Below the pieces are notes generated by a model. The model saw only the letters and a program-made list of their open reading frames with translations, was not told the DNA's origin and did no database searches. A DNA stretch of 64,000 nt, from the NCBI RefSeq assembly GCF_009914755.1, contig NC_060947.1, one strand, 5' to 3'. The stretch's first letter is position 1, and the number at the start of each line of letters is the position of its first letter. The position numbers and the translations under genes are program-made. Source of the stretch: the human T2T-CHM13v2.0 reference genome, Homo sapiens. Shown here one piece after another: positions 28,060 to 39,483 of this stretch.

Positions 28060-28260
28060 TGTCCCATAATTAAACCACCTTTACTTCTAGTCATGTTCTG
28101 AGCACATGCCCCATTCTAGTAACTGAACTTTGTGCTAAACTTCTCTAGCCTTAGTTTTCTCACTCCCTCCAAAAATGAGATGGTGTGAGACTTAAATGAG
28201 ATAATGCAAGTATTTAACACATAGTGAGCATTTGATAAAAGTCACTTGCTGCTACCTTAT
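28060..28260 (+). mobile_element. MIR
   Basis: aacttctctagccttagttttctc...ttaaatgagataatgca. Confidence 0.6.
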
Positions 28261-28269
28261 TCATATTAT

Positions 28270-28469
28270 CAATGTTGTGCTGGTAAACTGACTTTCCAGA
28301 GGGGAAAAGAGGTCTGATCTATAATATTTTCTCATTCCCATGGTGCAAATACTCCTACCATAGCTGATAGCAAACAATCAACATGAAGTCACTGAAGGTA
28401 AAGTTAGGAAGAGAAGTATACGCAGTCAGCTCTCACAAGCCAGTATGCACCAGCTCCACCAGATCACTG
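28270..28469 (-). mobile_element. MER63-like hAT-Blackjack MITE
   Basis: Termini caatgttgtgctgg and ccaccagatcactg; internal catggtgcaaatactcctaccat. Confidence 0.75.
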
Positions 28470-29929
28470 CATGACCAAAACTCTACCTTGTAACCCACTT
28501 CAAGTAATTGCCCCTATTGCTTCCTTCTGTATCTTAATACTAATAATTCTAATACTTTGGACCTATTTTGCTCTCAAACTAAAGTCCCATTCCTTATACC
28601 CAGAAGTAACCCCAGAACTGACCCAGAGCATGTTATCATCCCTCTCTGATCTGACAATGTCATCAGTTCTCTCATCTGAAAATCTCTTTGCTCACCTGCG
28701 TCTTGGAATACCACCTACACCCAGAATTTGTATCATCAAGTAACATTTGCCTGACACACCATTCTGTTCTTGAGGGACTTCTCTAATTAAATTCATCTTC
28801 TTGAGCTGTCATCATCTTCTAATTATGGGATGGTTAAAGTTCTGTCTGGGGCCAGAGACAGGGCCTATTGAAATAGAGGTACAGTTTGTGAGCAAGAACC
28901 AAAGAGCTCACTCATCCATGGAAATAAAATTTATGCCTTTGGTCTAGCTAGCACTTTATTTTCTCTATCTGGATACCAAACCCTAATTCTATGTACTAGT
29001 GGTTGAGTAGGGCCACCATAAACATACCAGGGTTTTCAGGATGCTATAGACACATTTAATGAGTAACTCGCAACATACAATCCTACCCAAACCATGAACT
29101 CTGGAGTTGGTCCATCATATAGAATAAGTAAGTTCCAATACTTTGCTCATAGTCTCATATGGCTATTGGGTATGCTACTTGGTAGCTGGCAAAGCTGGCA
29201 GCAAATGGAAGCAATTATCTATGCAAGTGAGCATGTGATCCAATTATGTGTATAATTATGATGCAGCATTAATGCTGATAATGATGATAAAGATCATCCC
29301 ATAATAACTGAGCCAGAAAAGAGAAAAGGGTAATTTAATTGGAAAAACATGAAGCCACCTAGAGCATCTGTGGGGAACTGAAAGCTCTTGGCTGTTCACC
29401 TGACAGGGATGAGAGAGCAGAGAAAAGGACTATCCCAGTGAATTTTATATTTCATTAAATAGAAAGTATAAACCTCATATAGATTATAAAATAAGAAAGA
29501 ATTAAGACACAGTGAAATTCATGCAGCAGGAAATGTGAATCTGATCATGCATAGTTTTGTTTTAAAATTTCCCAATATCTCAGCGTTATCTTATGCTATG
29601 AGTTTACCCCTTAACTGTAACTGTGTGGAAATGCTGAGTGATTAAGAGGCTTGTGAATTTCTTTCCCTCATGGGGATGTATGCATACATCCAGCCTGGGG
29701 CATATCTCTCAATATCCTACAATAAAAGTGATAGAGCTCACCAAGGTCTGCATAAAAAGAAGGCTCCTATAGAAACACAATGGCCAAGTCTCACCAAAAT
29801 CATCCAGCTTCTCCTATATACACTACAATTTACTGTTTGCACATGTCCAATCTCCCTTTTCGTTTTTCTAGCTAGCCACCTTAACCCTGAGGCTGAATCA
29901 TTCTCTTGCTTCCTCATTCTTTTATCTGC

Positions 29930-30680
29930 CTTATCATTCATTAAATAATCATTATTGAACATCTACTATGTGGTGGGCACTAGATGTTTTGAGTTAAATA
30001 TATACACACATGTGTGCATGTATGACAACATCTATATCCTCAAATCACTCACAAATCTAGCAAGACACACAGGTAAACAGCCAATCACAAAAGAATAAGA
30101 AGAGTTTTATTTTGGTGTTATCAGGAGGGTAAAATAGGAGCCCAGAAAGGAAATACTAAATCAGACTAAAAGAGTCAGAAGTTTTCTGGAGGAAATAACT
30201 TCTGAGACAAAGGACAGGTAGGAGGTAGCTAAACAAAGAAACCACAGTGAACAAAGCAAAAACCCTGTTCCCATGCATCTTCAATATAGGAAAAGACATA
30301 CAATACAAATAATATTTGTGTAAGAATGCATCATTTAGTAACTAGTGTAAAAAAAGTATATCAGGGTGTAAAAACAGAGTAATGGGGTACTTTCTTTTTT
30401 CTTTTTTTTTTATTTTCGGGGTGCCACTTAAATAGGATTTTCAGAGACACCTGGATGAAATATCTGAGCAGATTTGAATGACATGAAGGAGCAAGAAGTG
30501 TGGTTATCTGAGGAAAGAAGGTTCTTGGCCCTGAGACAAGAATATGTTTAAAGAGTTAAAGGATCAACAGAAAAAGCGGTGTAGCTGAAGCTCAGTGAAC
30601 AAAGAGAAGTGGAAACTTAAAACAGAAAGCAATTCAAAAAGAGATCACGTGGGACCTTGCAGACTATGACATAGAGTCTA
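29930..30680 (-). mobile_element. L2 fragments
   Basis: tcattcatt...ttattgaacatctactatgtg; gatttgaatgacatgaaggagc; agatcacgtgggaccttgcag. Confidence 0.7.
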
Positions 30681-30779
30681 TTGTTTTGGATTTTTCTGGA
30701 ACCTCAGATGTACAGAACTGAAATAATCATAATTCTTAATTCAAGTTATACTACCATTGACTTATAAATCATCCTTTTC

Positions 30780-31745
30780 ATCTATTTATTTTAATGTCCT
30801 AATAAACATCCATGAACCCATTGTCCAACTCCCAAACTAGAATATTACCTATGTTCCTCTACTATACTATACCCTACCTCCCCCAGAGGTAACCACTGTT
30901 CTGAATTTTATATTTACCATTTTCTTCCCTTTATATTCATTTTATCACATTTATGTATTTTCCTTTCAAATGCTTTGTTTTCGAATTTTACAAAAAAAAA
31001 TTGTATGCTGTCTTTCGAGTCTTGCTTTTTTCACTCAGCACTATATTACTAAGGTTCATTTATGTTGTTGCTTATAGCCGTAGATCATTCATTTTCACTT
31101 ATATAATATTCCATTATGTGAACATTTCACAACAATTTACTCATTCTCTTTTTAATGGTTATTTTGGTCATTCCCAAGTTTTTGCTACTATAAGCAATTC
31201 CACCAAAAATAGTCCAGTAAATATCTCCTCAGGTAGATATGCTAAATTTTTTCTTGGAATACACCTACCATTGCTGCTAGGTGATAGAATGTGCAAATTT
31301 TCAACTTTAAAAGATAATATCAAATTGTTTTCCAAAGTAGCTACACCAAATTACATTCCCAACAACAATGTATGAGAGAGCTCACATACTACACATCCTA
31401 TCTAAAACTTGGTATTGTCAAGTTCTGTAAATTTTACCTGTCAAAAAGATGTAAAATGATATCCATTGTGGTCCTGTCCCTGAGTATAAGTGAGACTGTA
31501 TCTTCTCATATTTTTATTGATCATATAAGTTTCCTTCTCTCCAAAGCATCTAATTCTTTTTTCCCCCATTTTTAAATTAGGCTATTTTTCTTTGTCCTGT
31601 CAGTTTGTAGGATTTCTTTATATATTCTTTATATTAAGGCTTTTTTGATTGCATACATTACAAATTCATATTTTTCTCCCAGTATGTAGCTTGTCTTTCA
31701 ACTTTGTTTATGGTATTTATTGATGACCAAAGTATTTTTAATTTT
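30780..31745 (-). mobile_element. L1ME 3' region
   Basis: ccccagaggtaaccactgttctgaattt, tttcactcagcact, caaattgttttccaaagt, acattcccaacaacaatgtatgagag. Confidence 0.8.
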
Positions 31746-31746
31746 G

Positions 31747-32290
31747 GGAGTGAAGTCAGCAAGATAGCAGAATAGGACCTTCTGGCACTTGTCGCCTTGC
31801 AGAAATGTCAATTTGAACAACTATCCATGCATGAAAGTAGCTTCAAATAAGCTAAGGAATCCAGGTAAGGAATAACAATATCTGGCTATAGCACAGAAAT
31901 AAGAAAAGGTGCATTAAGGTGGGTAGGGAAAACAATTTCACATTCCCCATTTCACCCCCTACCAAACCCAGCAACACCGTATGGAGAGAGATGCCTTCCA
32001 TGTGAGGGAAGGAGAGTGAAGTGAGTACCTGACTTTGCCACGAACTCAAGCACCAGGCCCACACCAGTGAAATCCAGCCCGAGGCCAGCCCCCACAGTCC
32101 CAGTCTCAAGGCCCACTCCTGTGCCAGGTCTGCCTTTGTGGACCCAGACTTCAGTGTGATCCCACAGACACAGGATCCAAGATTCAGGGTGTAGGCCCAC
32201 CCTAGTGAAATCTGGTACTGTTGCAGCTGACCCCCATGGACTCAAAATCCAAGCCTTTTGCAGCAGACGCAAGCTTCAAGCCCACCCCTG
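31747..32290 (+). mobile_element. Isolated L1M 5'UTR fragment
   Basis: Starts gggagtgaagtcagcaagatagcagaatagga; C-rich ccaggcccac units; similar to the 8103 element. Confidence 0.65.
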
Positions 32291-34254
32291 AAATAGGACA
32301 TCTTGATCAATGGCATAGCTAGAGAAAAGATAGGGAGAGGCATTTTGATTTGCTTTGGTGGGAGTAGGGAAAGGAGAACAGGGAGCAAGGGTAGTTTTGT
32401 TAGGCCTAACTCTGGTCTTCCCAAGCTAAGGAGAACTTTTGTAATCAGACATCATATGTCACTCTCCACTGTAAGGAAAGTAGATGGTACAGATGCAAAT
32501 AAAAGGATAATCATTTCAGAACAATTCTCCCAAGAAAAGGTAATCTCATAATGACCAAAACATTCACAATCAAGTGATAGAAAAAAATGCACAATTCTAA
32601 CTGCCCCATCTATGTATATCTCTAAAAATTGCTGATTTCTAGACTCCCCATTGCAGTGACGTTATTACCTTTTCGCCTGTGGCTGAATCCCCTATACCAA
32701 TTGCTCACCTGGATGCCAGTGTGTTGCCTACCACTATACTTGTTTGACACCATGCCTGTTAGACACCTGTCAGCTCTGTCTTGTTGACACTTGCTACATA
32801 CCATCAGAGTCCAGTTCCATCTTTTAGACCACCTTGCCTCCCCTAGTCATAGCTGACCCTTATATATGTGACCTATAGTACCAAGGTATAAAATCCTCTT
32901 TATTATTTATAGAAATCTTATCACATTTGTCTCTCACATTTTTTTTTCAGGCAAGTGATCCTGCTCATCCTATACAGGAGAAGAATAAAAATATCTTTGT
33001 ATATAAGGTGATGAACTATTTATTTTATTCAGGGAGCAATTGTGAATACATTGCTCTTTATAGTGTTCAGGACTACCACATACATTTATGCAATGAACAA
33101 CATGGCCAACTGTAGAGACCCCAAATTGCCTACCAATATACCTGCATGTTAATGTCCAATGGAACTAAAAAACCTCAGAGAGATAATCATGAAAATAGTT
33201 AGCTCTAATTAGGCAAGGAATTTCAAGGGATCACTGTTAATAATAGTCAAGATGACTATGGCCCCCTGCTGTTTAAGTGAATGATATGTTTAAATATAAA
33301 GCATCAGAGTCATTAATCACAGCAGTAAATTTATTAAATAAAATTAATTATGTTTTCAATAACATAAGATTCTTAATGAAATAAACTAACTCTAGGAGGA
33401 CCCCAAAACACAGCCAAATTGCAACTGAACTTATCAATATATGTGTGTGGGACCCAACTGGTCCAGGCTATAAGTGGTATGGAATTTAAAAAGTACAGTT
33501 CATGTAATACCCTTAAGAACTTCTGATTAACAGTCCCCTGAAAATACTTCTTTTTTTTCTATCCTACCCCTAGCTCATATGGCTTTTACTTCCCCTCAAC
33601 TTCTCTCTCTCTCTAGTTCCTTTATCATATAGCTTGGTTTAACCTCACTTGATAATGTATTCCCCTTCTCCTCAAATCTCTTTTGTTCACTCTTTCTCTT
33701 TTGCCCACTCCATGATTATGCATCACAAAAATCTAGGAACCAGTCTAGCAAATGTAGGCTCCAAGAGGATATGGTGCTTAAGAAAAGGAAGAAAGTATCT
33801 GAAGACTCTTATGTTCATAACATTTTTCTTCATCACGCATGCAGTGCAATTCAATGTAGTTCTTAGAGAGTGACATGGAGCACTGTGCCTGCATGTAACT
33901 GCTGGACAAACTTGAGCCCAGTTAAGCTAGGGTGTTGGTAGCAGCAGCCCAAATAACTATCACTTGACCAAAGATAGCCTTGCATTTTATGTATTCTATT
34001 TGCCCCACAGTAACTTTTAAAGAAGTTGAATGATTTTGAATAAATTTTTACACTATTAAATAGTATGGAGTTATAAAATAAGGAGGTGCCAAATGGCATC
34101 AAGCATAATCAAAGCTTTATTTTGGGGGGAAAATGTTAATAACTAAACATGCTTTCAGATTTATTGCTGTAAGGAGGTAGGATCAGTTTTGATCTGGACA
34201 AATAATTCAAGTCTTGTTTTTCATTATAGAATGTCAATTTGCCAACTTTACTCC

Positions 34255-34765
34255 TATAGCAGAGACTACTAAATGTCCCCCAATATCCATTTTCCCTTTT
34301 TCCTTTCTTTAGTACCTCTATGCTTTGACTGGGCACATGGTGATCCAGAATTAAGACTACGTTCCTTGGACCCTCTTGCAGCTAAATATGGACATGTAAC
34401 TGCACTATGGCCAAATAGATGTAAGGAAAAGTGGTGGAAATCTTATAAGAAATACCCTTTCAAAAAGGGAAGGTTGTTCTCTTCTTTTTCCCTTTCCTTG
34501 CAGTTTAGAATGAGGATGCATTGGCTAGAACTAAAGCAGACCCCGCCAGAAATAAAGAATGACCTTGAGAATGAATGGTGGACATAACTGAGCAATGAAA
34601 TGGAAGGATCCTGGGTCTTGAGACTGGAGCTAATGCACAGTCTAATGACAGCTCTGTAACATCTAGCTCTGGTATCTTATATTAGTGAAAAATTAAGCTT
34701 CTTGTTGAAGCCACTCATAGGTTGTATTTTGTCACTGACAACCAGACCTAATCTTAACTAAAACA
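34255..34765 (+). mobile_element. MLT1J-like MaLR LTR
   Basis: cccccaatatccattttccc...ccctcttgcagctaaatatggacatgtaact...cctaatcttaactaaaaca. Confidence 0.7.
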
Positions 34766-35189
34766 ATTCCCATTAACTAAAACTTATGTATCTTGCTTCA
34801 ATCAGCAATGCAAAATCTCTGCAGTTGAGTCACTTGCCAGATGGCTGAAGCTTAAATCAATAGCTATCCAATTCCTGCCAAAGGCCAAGTTAAAACAACT
34901 AATAGTTGAGAACTGAATAAAAGACATGCTATTCACCCATTCCTTGAGGTCTTCTATACAATTTACATCCACTTAAATTATCAGAAAGCAGTACAACTTG
35001 GCTGAAATTTTAGTCATCTGACAAAATGCTTTAACTGAAGTGTGATTTGATATGGTCTTTCACCTAGGAGGTGGGAAAGATCAGATAGAACTGTATATAA
35101 GACTTTATGAGAAAGTAAGAGGGTTAACTGAATTCCTTGCAGATTATTTCTATGTTGGCTGAATCAGAATTGCCTGTAAAACTGACAAG

Positions 35190-35320
35190 TAGTGCAAACA
35201 TAATTTATTTTCCAAACAAGGACACTTTTAGGAGTGAAAGAAGATGCTATAATGCATACCTCAGGAAAACAGGCATAAACTAGGACTATCCTTGGAAAAT
35301 CGAGATGTATGGTCACCCTG
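35190..35320 (+). mobile_element. MER94-like hAT-Blackjack MITE
   Basis: ataatttattttccaaacaaggacacttttaggagtgaaag...gtatggtcaccct. Confidence 0.75.
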
Positions 35321-35745
35321 CATAGATAGGGAAGGAATACATTTTTGGTTTTTACTAAAATACCAATGAAACTACCTTAAATTTTAATATTGTCAGCAAA
35401 CTGCTGGAAACCGAAACTACCAGAAAAAGTGATCTGGTCAGTCAGCAAAGCCCAAATCAGACAGATATTTAATTACAACTATTAAATATAAGGAGATTGT
35501 TCCAAAGTTGAGAAAAGAGGTTAATATATGTATGAATTATGCAGTATCCTGATTTCAATATTTATTGTCTCCAACAAATTACATAAATTCATTTAAACAT
35601 TTGCACACTCATTTGGTTGATATATGTGAACTCATTTGGAAGCTGCTTCTCCATAGTGCATAGGTGCTCATATCCATGTATGATAAAAAATAAAGAGGGG
35701 TTCCACAATTCTTAGCAGTTATATGTGTTCATGAAATAACAATTT

Positions 35746-35805
35746 ATTCTTTTTTCTTCTTCCTTTTTTCTCTTCCTCTTCTTCTTTTCTTTTTTCCTTC
35801 TTCAG
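35746..35805 (+). repeat. About 60-nt polypyrimidine tract ending in CAG
   Basis: ttcttttttcttcttccttttttctcttcctcttcttcttttcttttttccttcttcag. Confidence 0.9.
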
Positions 35806-36877
35806 ACAAGTCTAGTTTGAACTTGGCTTACTTTATACTATCAAACACTAATATGTTTATGGCAATTTATCACTTTTATCTTCACAGAATAAATACAGGC
35901 TTATCAGATATGCTGAATGGGTTATCTGACTTTAAATTTGAGCTCCATAGACTTCTGTCTCACTTTGTCTTCCTCTTATTCTCCAGTAGGGCAGAAGCTC
36001 ATTGATAAGCATTAAATGCATTTTTCTGCTAATGAACCTATCGACAACAGATATGCAGTATTGTTGACTTTTATACTTTGTTATGAGCAACGCTTGATTC
36101 TATTCATGTATCTTTGGTACTCATATTCTTTAACTATAAACACACACACACACTGAGTATGCCCTATGCACCATGTTTTCAATTAGTCTATATTTAATGT
36201 AGCCTTATAGAGGCCTGTAAAACATACTAAATTGAACTCACAATTGAAAACACCACTAGTTTATTTAGCATCATTTAGCCAGTATTGACGCTGGGTGCTA
36301 ACCCAATTGATAGCTTAAATCTTACTGTTTGGAAATGAGAGGACTTTACAGAGCACAGGCTCCAGATCAACATAAAGAGAATTTAATGGAAAGTATTTCC
36401 AGATGCTTTAACTTTAAAATGCTCTCCCATCAACCCCAGCCTGTCAAGTAGTTAATGATCATAAACAAATGCTTGAATGCACTAGAAAAATTGCTATTTA
36501 AAGCAAAATTACAGTCAATCTTCTGGTAGAGCAAAATTTTTTCTTGAAATGAGAATAATCATCCCCTAATTCATATGTTTTGAAAAAGTTTTTCATATAT
36601 GGTTTCTGAAAGCTTCACCCATCCTTCAATTCAGGTCAACAGGTATTTACTAAGTGCTTAGAATAAGCATTCCTCTCTTTTACCAGGGTTGGCAGAATAA
36701 ATTGGCCCACTTTGGGTCAGATGCCGATTCCTCACACAATTCACTGTGGAGAAGAGGTGGGATCATATTGTACTAGCATAGCGACTCTTGTGGAAATCAT
36801 GTGGATTTTGGGTAAGGTATGGAAAAGAATGGATCCTGAAAAAGGGAATGTTCTTACATAACACAAAAGGTGTCCAA

Positions 36878-36923
36878 TATAACATAACATAGCATAACAT
36901 CACATTACATTACATTACATTAC
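36878..36923. repeat. (ACATA/ACATT)n pentanucleotide repeat
   Basis: Direct observation. Confidence 0.85.
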
Positions 36924-37164
36924 AGAAGAAGCTTGAAGAGAAGACCTTGTCTTTAAGAAACTTACCATTTCATTTCCACATTTCAGAGATTTTAAAATTA
37001 AAAAGCCACTATAGAAAAGAGGCAAGAATCAGGATCCTTTCATTAGGAGACTTTTAACCAAGTCCAGACCCTTACACTACTGAACTAGGTGGCTGTTTTC
37101 TGAGGGCTTTTCTTCCTCATCTATCAAAATAAGGAGGTTGGAACAGAAAATTTTTTAAGAGTGT

Positions 37165-38920
37165 CATCTTTCCCACCTAAGGAAATTGTATCACCATCCA
37201 TCCAATTGCTCCAACCAAAAATCTAGAAGTCATTCTGAATTATTCTTTCCCCCTCCACCTCCAAATCTAAAACCTCTTGTTACCGAAACAACTCCTCACA
37301 GTCTCCCTCATCTCAACATGTGGTAACTCTAATTCCTTTCAGTTGCTCAGACATTAGGATCATCCTTGACTCCTTTGTCTCACAACCCATGTACAATTGA
37401 TTTGTAAATTTTGTCGACTTCAAAATTTATACAGAATCCAAGCACTATGCAATATAGTCTAGCCCAAACCATCATCATCTCTAGCATAGATTACTGAAAT
37501 AGCCTCTTAAATGGTCTCTATGCTTCATCTTTTGCCTCCTTATGGTCTATTATCAACACAGTAGCCAGAATGATCCTGTTAAACATAAGCTGGATGATGT
37601 GACTCTTCTACTCAAAACTCTCCAAGGGATTCCCGCGTTATCTTACAAATCAAAGTTCTTACAATGCCCAACATGAGCTTCCCCATTGCAGAACCCCTTT
37701 AATCTCATTTTACTATCACCCTTGTCCATTCTACTCTAAGACACACTGGTTTCCCCACTGTTCCTCAAACTACCAAATACATTTCTACCTCCTGATGTTT
37801 TATTTGCCTAGAATACTTCCCCCAAATAACCACATAGGTTTCTCCTCTATTTTCTTCAAGTTTCTGCTCAAGTGTAACCTTACTAGAAAGCTTTTTTCCT
37901 TACCACTCTTTATAAATAAGGTTACATTTTAAGGTTCATATGTAACCTTATTAGAAAGCTTTTTCCTAACCACTCTTTATAAAACAGCAACCTCAAACCC
38001 ATCCCAGTACTCCCTTCACATCTTATCCTGCTTCATTATTGTTCATAGTTCTTATCCCCATTAGTCATATTACATTTTTCTTCTTTATTATATCTATCTT
38101 TCTGCTAGACTACAGGTTCCATGAGGGCAGAGATTATATTTTGTTCACTGCTCTATTCGCAGCACTTACAATAATGCCTAACACCGGGGGTAGGACTTAA
38201 ATATTTGTTGGAAGAAGGAATGAATGAACAAATCCAGTTCATCAGCAAGTCCTATCATTTCAACCACCAAGATGTAAATTAAACTGGCTTATTTGTCTCC
38301 AACCCACTGTTGCTACCTTAGATTAAGCTTCCATCATTCTCACCAGGATCTATGCAGCAGCCCTCTATGTGGCCTTCCCACCTCCACTCTCACCCTCCTA
38401 CATCTGTCAGAGTAGTCTTCTAACAATGTATATCAGATAATTTCCTCTCCTACATAAAATACCCCAGTGGCTTCTCATAGCTTTTAGGATCAAATCCAAT
38501 CTCCTACAAATCCCACCATGACCTAGTTTCTACCAACGTCTCCAACCTCATTTTTTAACCACACGTTTCCACATTTTCCATTCCTAGTAGGAACCATCTC
38601 AGTGCTTCTTCTGTGCTATTTGCTCTGCCAAGATCTCTTCTGACCTTTCATGTTTCAGCTTGTCTCCTCTACAAGAAATATCTTCCTTTTCTGTATAAAG
38701 CAGGGCTCCTGTTATCACCATTTCACAAAGAGCCTTCTTCTTCTCCTTTGAATATATTAAAATTCATAATAACAGTAATATTTGTACATTTATTTGTTTA
38801 ATGTCTGCCCAGCTACTCTAAGTTCTGTAAGGTCCTTGTTTGGTCCCTGTTTATTTTGTTCACAATATATCCAATGCTTAGCAAAGTATTTCTAATATCC
38901 TGAAAAAGTATTAAATAATT
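37165..38920 (+). mobile_element. Nested L2 fragments (an L2a ending near 38230 inside another L2)
   Basis: catccttgactcc, cagtagccagaatgatcct, ttccatgagggcagagat...tttgttcactgct, aatatttgttggaagaaggaatgaatgaa. Confidence 0.8.
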
Positions 38921-39116
38921 TTATCTAAGCCAATGAAATTTAAGTCCATATTATAGTTAATGTATACACCTTACTTTCTTATTAAGTTTCTACTTTGGGG
39001 GTTGAGCTCCAAATAATATCACATAAACCAAAAGGAATTACAGCTTTCTTATTTGACTTTGATCTTTGGCAGATAGATAAAGACCCTTTCTGGGAAAAAA
39101 AAAAAGAAGTTCAGTA

Positions 39117-39483
39117 CAGTCATGTAATACATAATGACATTCCGGGCAACAATGGACCGCATATACAATTGTGGTGCCATAAGATTATAATACTGTATTT
39201 TTAATACACTTTTCTATGTTTAGATATACAAATATTTACCTTTGTGCTCCATTTGCCTATAGTATTCATTATGGTAACATGCTGTACAGGTTGGTAAACA
39301 AGGAACAATAGGCTATACGATATAGCCTAGGCGTGTGGTAGGCTACACCATCCAGGTTTATGTAAGGACACTCAGTGAGGTTTGTACAATGATGGAATCA
39401 TCTAATGATGTTCACACAATGATGAAATTGCCTAAAAACACATTCCTCAAAACATATCCTCTTTGTTAAGCAACACATAACTG
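39117..39483 (+). mobile_element. Tigger3a/MER7-like TcMar MITE
   Basis: TA|cagtcatg...cacataactg|TA with TA TSD; internal ggaccgcatatac...cataagattataatactgtattttta. Confidence 0.85.

Noticed and set aside
30953-31575. 140-aa and 67-aa hydrophobic ORFs
   Set aside because: Antisense of an L1ME 3' region; T-richness gives F/L/I-rich open frames.
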